Shown here one piece after another: positions 1-7,935 of a DNA stretch of 64,000 nt; positions within the stretch are counted from its first letter, which is position 1; each line of letters begins with the position of its first letter. This DNA comes from Gemmatimonadales bacterium (GTDB lineage: Bacteria; Gemmatimonadota; Gemmatimonadetes; Gemmatimonadales; GWC2-71-9), in assembly GCA_036393515.1 (NCBI GenBank), contig DASWGV010000094.1, positions 5,527-69,526 on the forward strand, in the 5' to 3' direction. The position numbers and the translations under genes were made by a program. A model generated the notes under the pieces. That model saw nothing but the letters and a program-made list of their open reading frames with translations, ran no database searches and was not told the DNA's origin.

Positions 1-990
1 ACCAGCTTCGCGATTCTCGATACCGCGTGGAAAGGCGGGATCCGGTTCATCGACACGGCCGATGTCTATCCGGTGCCGATGACCCTCGCAACCTACGGCG
101 ACAGTGAGGTACTGCTGGGGCGCTGGCTGGCCGGCCGGAAATGCCGTGACGATGCGATCCTGGCGACCAAGGGCTATTTCACCGGCGGTCCGCTGCCGAT
201 CCACCGGGGCAACTCCCGCCGGCATCTGATCCACGCCTGCGAGGCGTCCCTCCGGCGACTGCGGACGGACCGCATAGACCTGTATCTATGTCACGGCTGG
301 GATCCGACCGTGCCGGTCGACGAGACGCTGCGAGCGTTAGAGCAACTCCGCCAGGATGGCAAGGTGCTGTACACCGGCGTCTCCAATGTCCGCGCGCACG
401 AAGCGGCGGCGGCCCTGGTCGAAGCGACTCGGCTCGGCGTGCGCGGGTTTGACGGGCTTCAGCCACGCTACAGCGTGATTCAGCGGGAGGCCGAGGAGTC
501 CCTGTTTCCGCTGGCGCGCCGCTTCGGACTCGGCGTCATGGTGTACAACCCCATCGCCGGGGGCATTCTGGCCGGAAAGCACCGCCCCGGTCGGCCACCG
601 GCCAAGGGCACGCGGTTCGCCATGCCCGGGGTTGGCGAGGTGTATCGCAAGCGCTATTGGGATGAGCGGGTGCTGGAAGAAGTTGTCGCGCTCAAGAAGG
701 ATGTGGCCGAGGCGGGGTTGTCCCTGGTCACGGCGGCGGTGGCGTGGGTCCTCACCAATCCAGCCGTGTCGGCGGCGATCATCGGGGCCAGCAAACCCTC
801 CCACCTGGCCGACCATTTGCGCGCGACCACGACCGTGCTGCCTGATGAGGTTCGTGAGCGATTGGCGCGGGTGTGGTTTGATCTGCCGCGCCGCGCGCCT
901 GACCTGGATTCCCCGCGGATCCAAGAGTTCTATGAACAAGACGGTCCCCGCCCGTCCGGTTCCGTCCGCCTCAGTCCGCCCCGGTTCTGA
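1..990 (+). CDS. aldo/keto reductase family oxidoreductase (5' partial)
   Basis: Frame is open from base 1 (TSFAILDTAWKGGIRFIDTADVYP...), extending ORF 73..990. AKR-like motifs seen: IDTADVY, LYTGVSN, YNPIAGG, IIGASKPSHL. The 5' end lies outside the window. Confidence 0.85.
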   Translation, partial: TSFAILDTAWKGGIRFIDTADVYPVPMTLATYGDSEVLLGRWLAGRKCRDDAILATKGYFTGGPLPIHRGNSRRHLIHACEASLRRLRTDRIDLYLCHGWDPTVPVDETLRALEQLRQDGKVLYTGVSNVRAHEAAAALVEATRLGVRGFDGLQPRYSVIQREAEESLFPLARRFGLGVMVYNPIAGGILAGKHRPGRPPAKGTRFAMPGVGEVYRKRYWDERVLEEVVALKKDVAEAGLSLVTAAVAWVLTNPAVSAAIIGASKPSHLADHLRATTTVLPDEVRERLARVWFDLPRRAPDLDSPRIQEFYEQDGPRPSGSVRLSPPRF

Positions 991-1366
991 CCTTCACCGT
1001 CCGCCGGGGGCCGATGAGGGCGTTCGCAAGGAATCCGGTGAGCGCCACGATGATCCAGGCCGCGACGGCCGCGCCCAGCCCGGCGACGTGAAACCCCGTC
1101 ATGAGGCGCGCCACCAGCAGCAGCATGGCCCCGTTCACGATCAACAGAAAGAATCCCAGTGACAGGATGGTTAACGGCAACGTGATGAGCACCACCAGCG
1201 GGCGGACCACCGCGTTCACCAGGCCAAGCAGCAGTGCGGCGATCCAAAGGGAGCCCGGTCCGTCGAACCGGATCCCGTCGAGCAACGCATCCGCCACCAG
1301 CAGCCCCAGCCCCCCGACGAAGACCCGGGACACGAACCTCAGCATAAGTGGGAACGTTTCCGTCAC
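971..1366 (-). CDS. small 4-TM membrane protein, phage-holin-IV/DUF360-like
   Basis: 131 aa and almost entirely hydrophobic helices (LLLGLVNAVVRPLVVLITLPLTILSLGFFLLIVNGAMLLLVA). The pattern is typical of the YvlD/DUF360 holin-like family. Confidence 0.6.
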   Translation of the reverse strand: MTETFPLMLRFVSRVFVGGLGLLVADALLDGIRFDGPGSLWIAALLLGLVNAVVRPLVVLITLPLTILSLGFFLLIVNGAMLLLVARLMTGFHVAGLGAAVAAWIIVALTGFLANALIGPRRTVKVRTGAD

Positions 1367-2118
1367 ATGACCGGCACGTCAAGGGTTCCGTGACCGCGCT
1401 GGCGATAGCGTTTCACGACGCCACGTATCGGGTGGATGGGAGGGCGGTGCTGGGTCCGCTCTCCCTGGCCGTGACGACGGGGGAAATCGTGGTCCTGCTG
1501 GGTCGCTCGGGGGCTGGTAAGACCACCGCGCTCCGCATGATCAACGGCCTGGTGCTCCCGTCCGCGGGTGAGGTGCTGGTGGACGGCAGGAGTACCCGAG
1601 CCTGGGACCCCGTCCGGCTGCGGCGCGGGATCGGGTATGTCATTCAGGAGATTGGTCTGTTCCCGCACATGACGGTCGAGCGCAACGTGGGGCTGGTGCC
1701 CCGGCTGGAGCGCTGGCCGGCAGGGCGGATCAAAGCACGGGTGACGGAGCTGCTGTCGCTGGTGGGCCTGCCGCCGGACGAATTCAAGACTCGGTTGCCG
1801 CACCAATTGTCCGGGGGGCAGCGCCAGCGCGTGGGTGTGGCGCGGGCCCTGGCGGCGGACCCGCCCATCCTGCTCTGCGACGAGCCGTTTGGCGCGGTGG
1901 ATTCGATCGCGCGGGCCGAGCTCCAGGCCGAGTTCAAGGCACTCACCGCCCGGCTGGACCGCACCGTCGTGTTCGTGACGCACGACGTCCGCGAGGCGCT
2001 AGCCCTGGCCACCCGCATCGTCGTGCTGGAAGACGGCCAGGTCCACTTTTCGGGGAGCCCACAGGCTTTCCAAGAGAGCCGCGACCCGCACGTCCGGGCC
2101 CTGGGGGACTCCGCGTGA
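1348..2118 (+). CDS. ABC transporter ATP-binding protein (QAT / glycine betaine-choline type)
   Basis: Walker A GRSGAGKTT, signature [15 protein letters not shown], Walker B ILLCDEPFGAVD. Followed by a coupled permease and a betaine-type binding protein. The start could instead be the GTG at 1390. Confidence 0.9.
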   Translation: MGTFPSHDRHVKGSVTALAIAFHDATYRVDGRAVLGPLSLAVTTGEIVVLLGRSGAGKTTALRMINGLVLPSAGEVLVDGRSTRAWDPVRLRRGIGYVIQEIGLFPHMTVERNVGLVPRLERWPAGRIKARVTELLSLVGLPPDEFKTRLPHQLSGGQRQRVGVARALAADPPILLCDEPFGAVDSIARAELQAEFKALTARLDRTVVFVTHDVREALALATRIVVLEDGQVHFSGSPQAFQESRDPHVRALGDSA

Positions 2119-2762
2119 GATTCTTCGAGTACATGGTCACCTACCGCGCAGAGGTGTGGCTGCGCACGGTCGAGCACCTCCAGCTGGTGGCGATCTCGTG
2201 CGGTCTGGCGATCGCCATCGGTGTGCCGCTCGGCATCCTGCTGACCAGGCGTCCCGGACTGCGCACGCCGGTGCTGGGATTCGCCAACGTGGTGCAGACC
2301 ATCCCCAGCCTGGCGCTGTTCGGCTTCCTGCTCCCGTTGCCGTTTGTCGGGGGCATTGGACCGCAGACGGCGATCGTGGCCCTGGTGCTGTATGGCTTGC
2401 TCCCCATCATCCGGAACACGTTCACCGGCATCTCCTCCGTGGACCCCGCGGTGCGCGAGGCGGCGCGCGGCATGGGCATGAGCGACGTCCAGCTCCTGTG
2501 GATGGTGGAGCTGCGATTAGCCGCGCCGGTCATTCTCGCGGGGATTCGCATCGCGGCCGTGCTCGGGGTCGGGATCGGCACCATCGCGGCGGCGATCGGC
2601 GGCGGGGGACTGGGCGCCTTCATCTTCCGCGGCGTGGCAATGGTGAATCACGTGGTGATCCTCGCCGGCGCGATTCCGGCGGCAGTCCTGGCGCTGGTGG
2701 CGGATGGGGGGCTCCATTTGGTGGAGAGGAGATTGGATTGGCGGCGGACCAAAGCGGCCTAA
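2115..2762 (+). CDS. ABC transporter permease (QAT family)
   Basis: 215 aa polytopic membrane protein with a BPD-type permease EAA-like loop (EAARGMGMSDVQLLWMVELRLAAP). GTGA overlap with the upstream ATPase gene. Confidence 0.85.
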   Translation: MRFFEYMVTYRAEVWLRTVEHLQLVAISCGLAIAIGVPLGILLTRRPGLRTPVLGFANVVQTIPSLALFGFLLPLPFVGGIGPQTAIVALVLYGLLPIIRNTFTGISSVDPAVREAARGMGMSDVQLLWMVELRLAAPVILAGIRIAAVLGVGIGTIAAAIGGGGLGAFIFRGVAMVNHVVILAGAIPAAVLALVADGGLHLVERRLDWRRTKAA

Positions 2763-2785
2763 GTGGGCTAGCCGCCATCGCCGGC

Positions 2786-3691
2786 GTGACGACGCCTGCC
2801 TTCGGGCGTCTCTGCCGTCGCCATGCCGTGCCTGCCGCCTATGCCGCCTACGCCGCCTTGTGGGTGGGGTGTGGGCGGGCTCCCGACACCATCGTCGTGG
2901 GCTCCAAGAACTTCTCCGAATCCGTTCTCCTGGGCGAGATCGTGGCCCAGCAGCTGGAGCGTTACAACCTGAAGGTGGAGCGCAAGCCATTCCTGGGCGG
3001 CACGTTCGTGTGCCATCAGGCCCTGGTCGCGGGACAGCTGGACATCTACGTCGAGTACACCGGGACGGCGCACTCGGCCATTCTCGGGCTGCCGGTCGAG
3101 CGGGACCCGGGCCGCGTGCGGGCCACGGTGGACAGCGTGTACCGCGCGCGCTGGAATCTCGTCTGGACCGAGCCACTCGGGTTCGAGAACACCTTCGCCA
3201 TTCTGGTCCGGCGCCAGGATGCCGAGCGGCTGCGGTTGCGGACCATCTCGGACGCGGTTCCTCATGCTCGGGCGTGGCGCGCGGTGTTCGGCTACGAGTT
3301 CACCGAGCGGACGGATGGCTTACCCGGCCTGATGGCGACCTACGGCTTCCGGTTCGACCGGCCGCCGGCCACCATGGACCTGGGCCTGGTGTATCGAGCA
3401 TTGGCGGACAGGGTCGGGGACATCACGTCCGGCAACTCAACGGATGGCCAGATCGCGGCGCTGAACCTGCTGCAGTTGGAGGACGATCTCCACTATTTCC
3501 CCCCTTACGAAGCGGCACCGATCGTTCGTAGCGACGTGCTGGTGCGCTTTCCGGAGGTGGGTGAGGCCCTGCGGGCCCTCGGCGGCCGGATCACCGCCGA
3601 TCGCATGCGGGAGTTGAACCGGCTGGTGGATGTGGAGCACCGGCCGGTGTTTCAGGTGGCGCGGGAGTTTCTGACAGAGGTGCCGAGATAA
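2786..3691 (+). CDS. glycine betaine/choline-type ABC substrate-binding lipoprotein
   Basis: The C-terminal ~290 aa of ORF 2156..3691 look like OpuC/OsmF-type binding proteins (VGSKNFSESVLLGEI..., DIYVEYTGT, ENTFAILVRR). A lipobox-like WVGC precedes the mature part. The GTG at 2786 is my best guess for the start; the ORF-track N-terminus overlaps the permease. Confidence 0.75.
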   Translation: MTTPAFGRLCRRHAVPAAYAAYAALWVGCGRAPDTIVVGSKNFSESVLLGEIVAQQLERYNLKVERKPFLGGTFVCHQALVAGQLDIYVEYTGTAHSAILGLPVERDPGRVRATVDSVYRARWNLVWTEPLGFENTFAILVRRQDAERLRLRTISDAVPHARAWRAVFGYEFTERTDGLPGLMATYGFRFDRPPATMDLGLVYRALADRVGDITSGNSTDGQIAALNLLQLEDDLHYFPPYEAAPIVRSDVLVRFPEVGEALRALGGRITADRMRELNRLVDVEHRPVFQVAREFLTEVPR

Positions 3692-3698
3692 CTTGCGG

Positions 3699-4415
3699 AT
3701 GCTCAAGCTCGTCGCCGTGGCGGCGTCGCTCACTTTGGTGGCCGCTCGGGCTCCCGCCCAGGGTGTACCCTTCCGTCCCGATTCGCTTTCCCCCTTCGCG
3801 ACGGCCAAGGCCGAGACGTTGTTGCGCGACCGGCTGCCCTGCCTGGGCTGCCATCGTCTGAACGGCGAAGGGGGCGCCATCGGCCCCGACCTGACGGGCG
3901 TAGCTGCCCGCCGCCCTCCGTCGTTCATCTATGGGATGATCACCAATCCCGTCGCGACCTGGCCAGGCACCGGGATGCCCAAGACGCCGATGCCGGCGGC
4001 GTGGGCCCGGCTGGTGGCGAGTTACCTGGCAGAAGGCGCAGGGAGAGCAGCGGTGGCAGAAGGGGCAGAAACGCTGTCGGGTGCGGTGAACGCACCGCCG
4101 CCCAGGGGGATCGCTGACCCGGCAGCCCTGTACGTCCGGGTATGCTCCGCGTGCCACGGTGAGCGGGGTGGGGGTGATGGGTTCAACGCGCCGAACCTGC
4201 CGGTGAAGCCCACGGCCCACGCCGACAGCGGCTATATGTCTACCCGTCCGGACGACACCCTTTTCGACGGGATCTACGGGGGTGGGTACATCCTGAACCG
4301 GAGCCACCGCATGCCCGCCTTCGGGCTCACCCTTACCCGTGAACAGGTCCGCGGCCTGGTGGGGTACCTGCGGACCTTGTGCCGGTGCGAAGGACCGGTG
4401 TGGGCTCGCCGGTGA
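3699..4415 (+). CDS. diheme c-type cytochrome (secreted)
   Basis: Signal peptide MLKLVAVAASLTLVAARAPAQG. Two CxxCH motifs (CLGCH, CSACH), each followed by a distal Met region (GMPK, HRMPAF). Confidence 0.8.
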   Translation: MLKLVAVAASLTLVAARAPAQGVPFRPDSLSPFATAKAETLLRDRLPCLGCHRLNGEGGAIGPDLTGVAARRPPSFIYGMITNPVATWPGTGMPKTPMPAAWARLVASYLAEGAGRAAVAEGAETLSGAVNAPPPRGIADPAALYVRVCSACHGERGGGDGFNAPNLPVKPTAHADSGYMSTRPDDTLFDGIYGGGYILNRSHRMPAFGLTLTREQVRGLVGYLRTLCRCEGPVWARR

Positions 4416-4429
4416 CACGCGTGAGGAGA

Positions 4430-6718
4430 ATGGCCGGATGGGGAGCGGGCGTCGTCGTGCTCGGCCTGGTGGGATGGGGTGCCTACGGCGCGCTCACCCG
4501 TCGCATCGAGCTGCCGCCGCCAGGCGTGGTGGTGGACGAGGTTCCCGTGTCGCCCGCCGACTTTCTTGGGGCCGAGGGTTGTCGGGAATGCCACGCCTCG
4601 CAGTATGCCGCGTGGAGCCGTTCCACTCATGCCCGCGCGGGCGGCGCGCCCGGGCGCGAACGGGTAATAGCGCGGTTCGACGGCGGGCCGATCCGATTCC
4701 GCGACGCCGTCGTGACCCCCTCGATCTCTCCCCGGGGCGACTACCAATTCACCGTCGCGCAATCCGGGCGGAGCACCGTGGTGTATCGAGTCGCTGGTGT
4801 CATCGGCGGTGGCCACATGGTCGGCGGCGGCACACAGGGGTTCGTGGCGGAGTTTCCCGACGGCACGCTCCGGTTCCTGCCGTTTGACTTCGCACGGCGA
4901 GAAGGCGCATGGTTCTGCAATACCGTGGGGCGCACCGATACCGGATGGGTGCCGATTACGCCGAATCTGCCGATCGGGTCCTGCTCGGATTGGGCTCCCA
5001 CCCGGGTGCTGGGGACGGACACCCGGTTCTCCAACTGCCAGGAATGCCACGGCTCGCAGGTGAGGCTTCGGTTCGACCCCGCGGCCAGGCGATACCAGAC
5101 CGCCTACACCACGCTCCAGATCAATTGCGAGTCCTGTCACGGGCCGGCCAAACGGCACGGGGACCTGATGCGCGCGGGGGCCGACCGCCCGTCCGACGAC
5201 ATCGGGCTGGTTTCACTCGTCACGCTCACCAAGGATCAGTCGCTCCAGGTGTGCTTCCAGTGTCACGCGGTCAAAGACGTCCTGCGGCCGGACTATCTGC
5301 CCGGCGAGCGCCTGGACGCGCATTACTCGCTGGGCTTACCGGCGCTCGGCGACCAGCCGCTGTTTCCCGACGGTCGCGTGCGGACCTTCGCCTACCAGGA
5401 GAACCACCGGTACAGCGACTGCTACCTGAACGGCTCGATGACCTGCGGCGACTGCCACGACCCGCACGGTCAGGGGTATCGCGATCCGTGGGACGGGCCG
5501 CTGGCGGGCCGCTTCGCTGACGGACAGTGCACCAGCTGTCACGCGAGCAAAGCGGAGGAAGTCGAGCGCCACACCAGGCATCGCGCGGGATCGCCGGGCA
5601 GCGCGTGCGTAGCGTGCCACATGCCCTACCTCCAGCATCCCGAGCTCGGGGCGGCGGTCCGCTTCGCGCGCTCGGATCATACCATCGGCATTCCGCGGCC
5701 CGCGTTCGATGCTGCGCTGGGGATTGCCGGAGCGTGCGCCCAGTGTCATCGCGATCGGTCGGTGGAAGCGCTTGCGGCCGCAGCGCGAGATTGGTGGGGA
5801 GAGCTCAAGCCGCATCCGCAGCTGGTCGCTGCCCTGGCGGACACAACCGCGGGGGTGGATCATCCGAGCGACCGCATCCTTCGGCTTCTGCGCCCTGATC
5901 TGCGCCACCCCGCGGCCCAGGAACGTGCCCTGGCGGAGGTGTTGGAGAGATATCTGGAGCCCGACATGCCTTCGCTCGATGCCGACGTGGTGGACCGTCT
6001 GCGCCTCCTGGCGGCCAGTTCGGAGCTCGACGTCCGCGCCCTGGCGCTCGCGGCCCTCCACCTGGCCCAGGGGGAACGGCGCGCGGTCCGGCGGTTCCTG
6101 CGGGAGCAGCTCCGCGGCCTGGGTACCCGGGAGCGGATGGTGCGCGACCGGTGGCGGGTAGCGTTGGGGTACATGGGAGATCGGGATCGCGAGCGGGGAC
6201 AGTCCCGCCGCGCGCTTCAGGTCTACGCCAAGGCGTTGGAGATCGCCCCGGAACAGGCCGCCATCTTGCATGCCATGGGACTGGCCTTTGCCGCGGCGGG
6301 CGATCAGCAGGCTGCCGCGGAGCAGTACCGACGAAGCCTCCGAGCAGATCCGGTGCAGCCGCTCGCTCACATCAATCTCGGCGTGGCCCTCGAGGCCATG
6401 GGAGATGGGGCGGGCGCGACCGCGGCCTACCGGGCGGCGCTCGACCTGAACCCGGCGGAGCCGCTCGCATTGTTTAATCTCGGAAACGGCAGCTTCCGGC
6501 GCGGGGACTATGCCGGTGCGATCGGGTACTATCGCCAGGCCATCGAGATGGACCGAGGGCTGGCGGCGGCCCACGCGAACCTCGCGCGGGCGTACGGGGC
6601 GACGGATCAGCGGGCGGAGGCGCTCGCCGAAGCGCGTTGGGCACTGGAGTTGGCGCCCGGCGACCCTGCCGTGGTCCAGCTTGTGGGCCAGCTGGAAGCC
6701 CTGGGAGGGGGACGATGA
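4430..6718 (+). CDS. membrane-anchored octaheme c-type cytochrome fused to C-terminal TPR repeats
   Basis: Eight CxxCH motifs read directly: CRECH, CQECH, CESCH, CFQCH, CGDCH, CTSCH, CVACH, CAQCH. N-terminal TM segment (GVVVLGLVGWGAYGAL). The C-terminal ~200 aa carry TPR-like repeats (AIGYYRQAIEMD..., AYRAALDLNP...). Start is ambiguous among 4379, 4421 and 4430. Confidence 0.8.
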   Translation: MAGWGAGVVVLGLVGWGAYGALTRRIELPPPGVVVDEVPVSPADFLGAEGCRECHASQYAAWSRSTHARAGGAPGRERVIARFDGGPIRFRDAVVTPSISPRGDYQFTVAQSGRSTVVYRVAGVIGGGHMVGGGTQGFVAEFPDGTLRFLPFDFARREGAWFCNTVGRTDTGWVPITPNLPIGSCSDWAPTRVLGTDTRFSNCQECHGSQVRLRFDPAARRYQTAYTTLQINCESCHGPAKRHGDLMRAGADRPSDDIGLVSLVTLTKDQSLQVCFQCHAVKDVLRPDYLPGERLDAHYSLGLPALGDQPLFPDGRVRTFAYQENHRYSDCYLNGSMTCGDCHDPHGQGYRDPWDGPLAGRFADGQCTSCHASKAEEVERHTRHRAGSPGSACVACHMPYLQHPELGAAVRFARSDHTIGIPRPAFDAALGIAGACAQCHRDRSVEALAAAARDWWGELKPHPQLVAALADTTAGVDHPSDRILRLLRPDLRHPAAQERALAEVLERYLEPDMPSLDADVVDRLRLLAASSELDVRALALAALHLAQGERRAVRRFLREQLRGLGTRERMVRDRWRVALGYMGDRDRERGQSRRALQVYAKALEIAPEQAAILHAMGLAFAAAGDQQAAAEQYRRSLRADPVQPLAHINLGVALEAMGDGAGATAAYRAALDLNPAEPLALFNLGNGSFRRGDYAGAIGYYRQAIEMDRGLAAAHANLARAYGATDQRAEALAEARWALELAPGDPAVVQLVGQLEALGGGR

Positions 6719-7467
6719 ACCACAGGCCGGTGCGCGTGGCGATGGCGACTGCTCTCACGCTTCTGGCGGCGACTTCGTCCACCAGCCTGGCGCAGGCGGG
6801 CGCGACACGGGGCTACATGCCGCTTCGCTGGTGGCATCCGGTGGTAACGTCCGCCGGTGTGGTCGCGCTGTTCCTGGTGGACCAGCCGGTGCACGACCTG
6901 GTGCAGGATCATCGCTCCGGCACACTCGGCGCCGTCTCCCGCTTTGCCAACGGCTTCACCCGGCCGGAAGTGGTCGGCATTGCGGGCGGGGGCGCGCTGG
7001 CGGCCGGGCTGCTGCTGCGTAATCCGGTGGTCACGCGGACCGGCGCCCAGGTGTTTGCGGCCTACGGTTTGGCGTCCGGGGCGATGCTCGCGACCAAGTG
7101 GGCGGCGGGACGCTCGCGGCCCAGCGTGACGCCGGACGACAACATGGACTGGAACTGGCTGGGCGGGAGTGACGATAGCGCGCTCCCGTCGGGCAGCGCG
7201 GCCGTGGTGTTCAGCCTGGCGACCACGCTGGCCGACGCGGTAGATCGGCCGGCCGCGTCGGTGGTACTCTACGCCGTCGCCGGAGTGAACGGCTGGGCCC
7301 GTCTGTACGCCAACCGGCATTGGCTCAGTGACGTGGCGCTGGGGGCGATGTATGGCATTACGGCGGCCAAGCTGGTCAACGGCGAATGGCGGGTGTTCGG
7401 ACTCCGCCCACCCACGGCATCGGTGGGCGCGGAGGGCGTGGTAGTCGGGTACGATCTCCGGTGGTAG
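6715..7467 (+). CDS. PAP2 family phosphatase (membrane/secreted)
   Basis: The three PAP2 motifs are present: KWAAGRSRPS, PSGSAA, and ANRHWLSDVALG. Signal peptide MNHRPVRVAMATALTLLAATSSTSLAQA. ATGA overlap with the cytochrome gene stop. Confidence 0.8.
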   Translation: MNHRPVRVAMATALTLLAATSSTSLAQAGATRGYMPLRWWHPVVTSAGVVALFLVDQPVHDLVQDHRSGTLGAVSRFANGFTRPEVVGIAGGGALAAGLLLRNPVVTRTGAQVFAAYGLASGAMLATKWAAGRSRPSVTPDDNMDWNWLGGSDDSALPSGSAAVVFSLATTLADAVDRPAASVVLYAVAGVNGWARLYANRHWLSDVALGAMYGITAAKLVNGEWRVFGLRPPTASVGAEGVVVGYDLRW

Positions 7468-7525
7468 GCGGGGCCGCCGTTCGCCCAGCGCCTCAGGTCC
7501 ATGACGCACGCGAGAGGGGGGAGGG

Positions 7526-7846
7526 ATGATCAGCCGCCTCTGGAGGGGCTGGACCACTCCACAGAACGCCGACCCGTACGAGCACCTCCTTCGGGCCGAG
7601 ATCTTCCCGGGGATCGTGGCCCGGCGCATCCCCGGGTTTCAGGGTATTCAGCTGCTCCGCCGCGCGGTGGACGGGGAGACGGAGTTCGTGACCATCATGT
7701 GGTTTGACTCGCTGGATGCGGTCCGGGCGTTCGCGGGGAACGATCACGAGCGGGCGGTGGTGCCCGCCGCGGCTCGGCAGCTCCTGAGCCGGTTCGAGGA
7801 GCGGTCGGCCCACTTCGAGCTGCGGGAGCATAGGGCGCCCGGGTAG
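7526..7846 (+). CDS. ABM (antibiotic-biosynthesis-monooxygenase-like) domain protein
   Basis: 106 aa with an alpha+beta ferredoxin-like pattern (FVTIMWFDSLDAVRAFAG). GGGAGGG lies upstream of the ATG. Confidence 0.55.
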   Translation: MISRLWRGWTTPQNADPYEHLLRAEIFPGIVARRIPGFQGIQLLRRAVDGETEFVTIMWFDSLDAVRAFAGNDHERAVVPAAARQLLSRFEERSAHFELREHRAPG

Positions 7847-7935
7847 CGCGCCCTCCCCTGGCTCCCCGCGGCCGCTGCCGCCATCTTGAGCCGCTTGCGA
7901 AGCCTATCCCGTTCCCCACATCACCGAGTGCGCGC

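Noticed and set aside
2156-2785. N-terminal 210 codons of ORF 2156..3691
   Set aside because: This part lies entirely within the permease gene in another frame and is Arg/Gly/His-rich. Similarity to binding proteins begins only after the lipobox near 2870.
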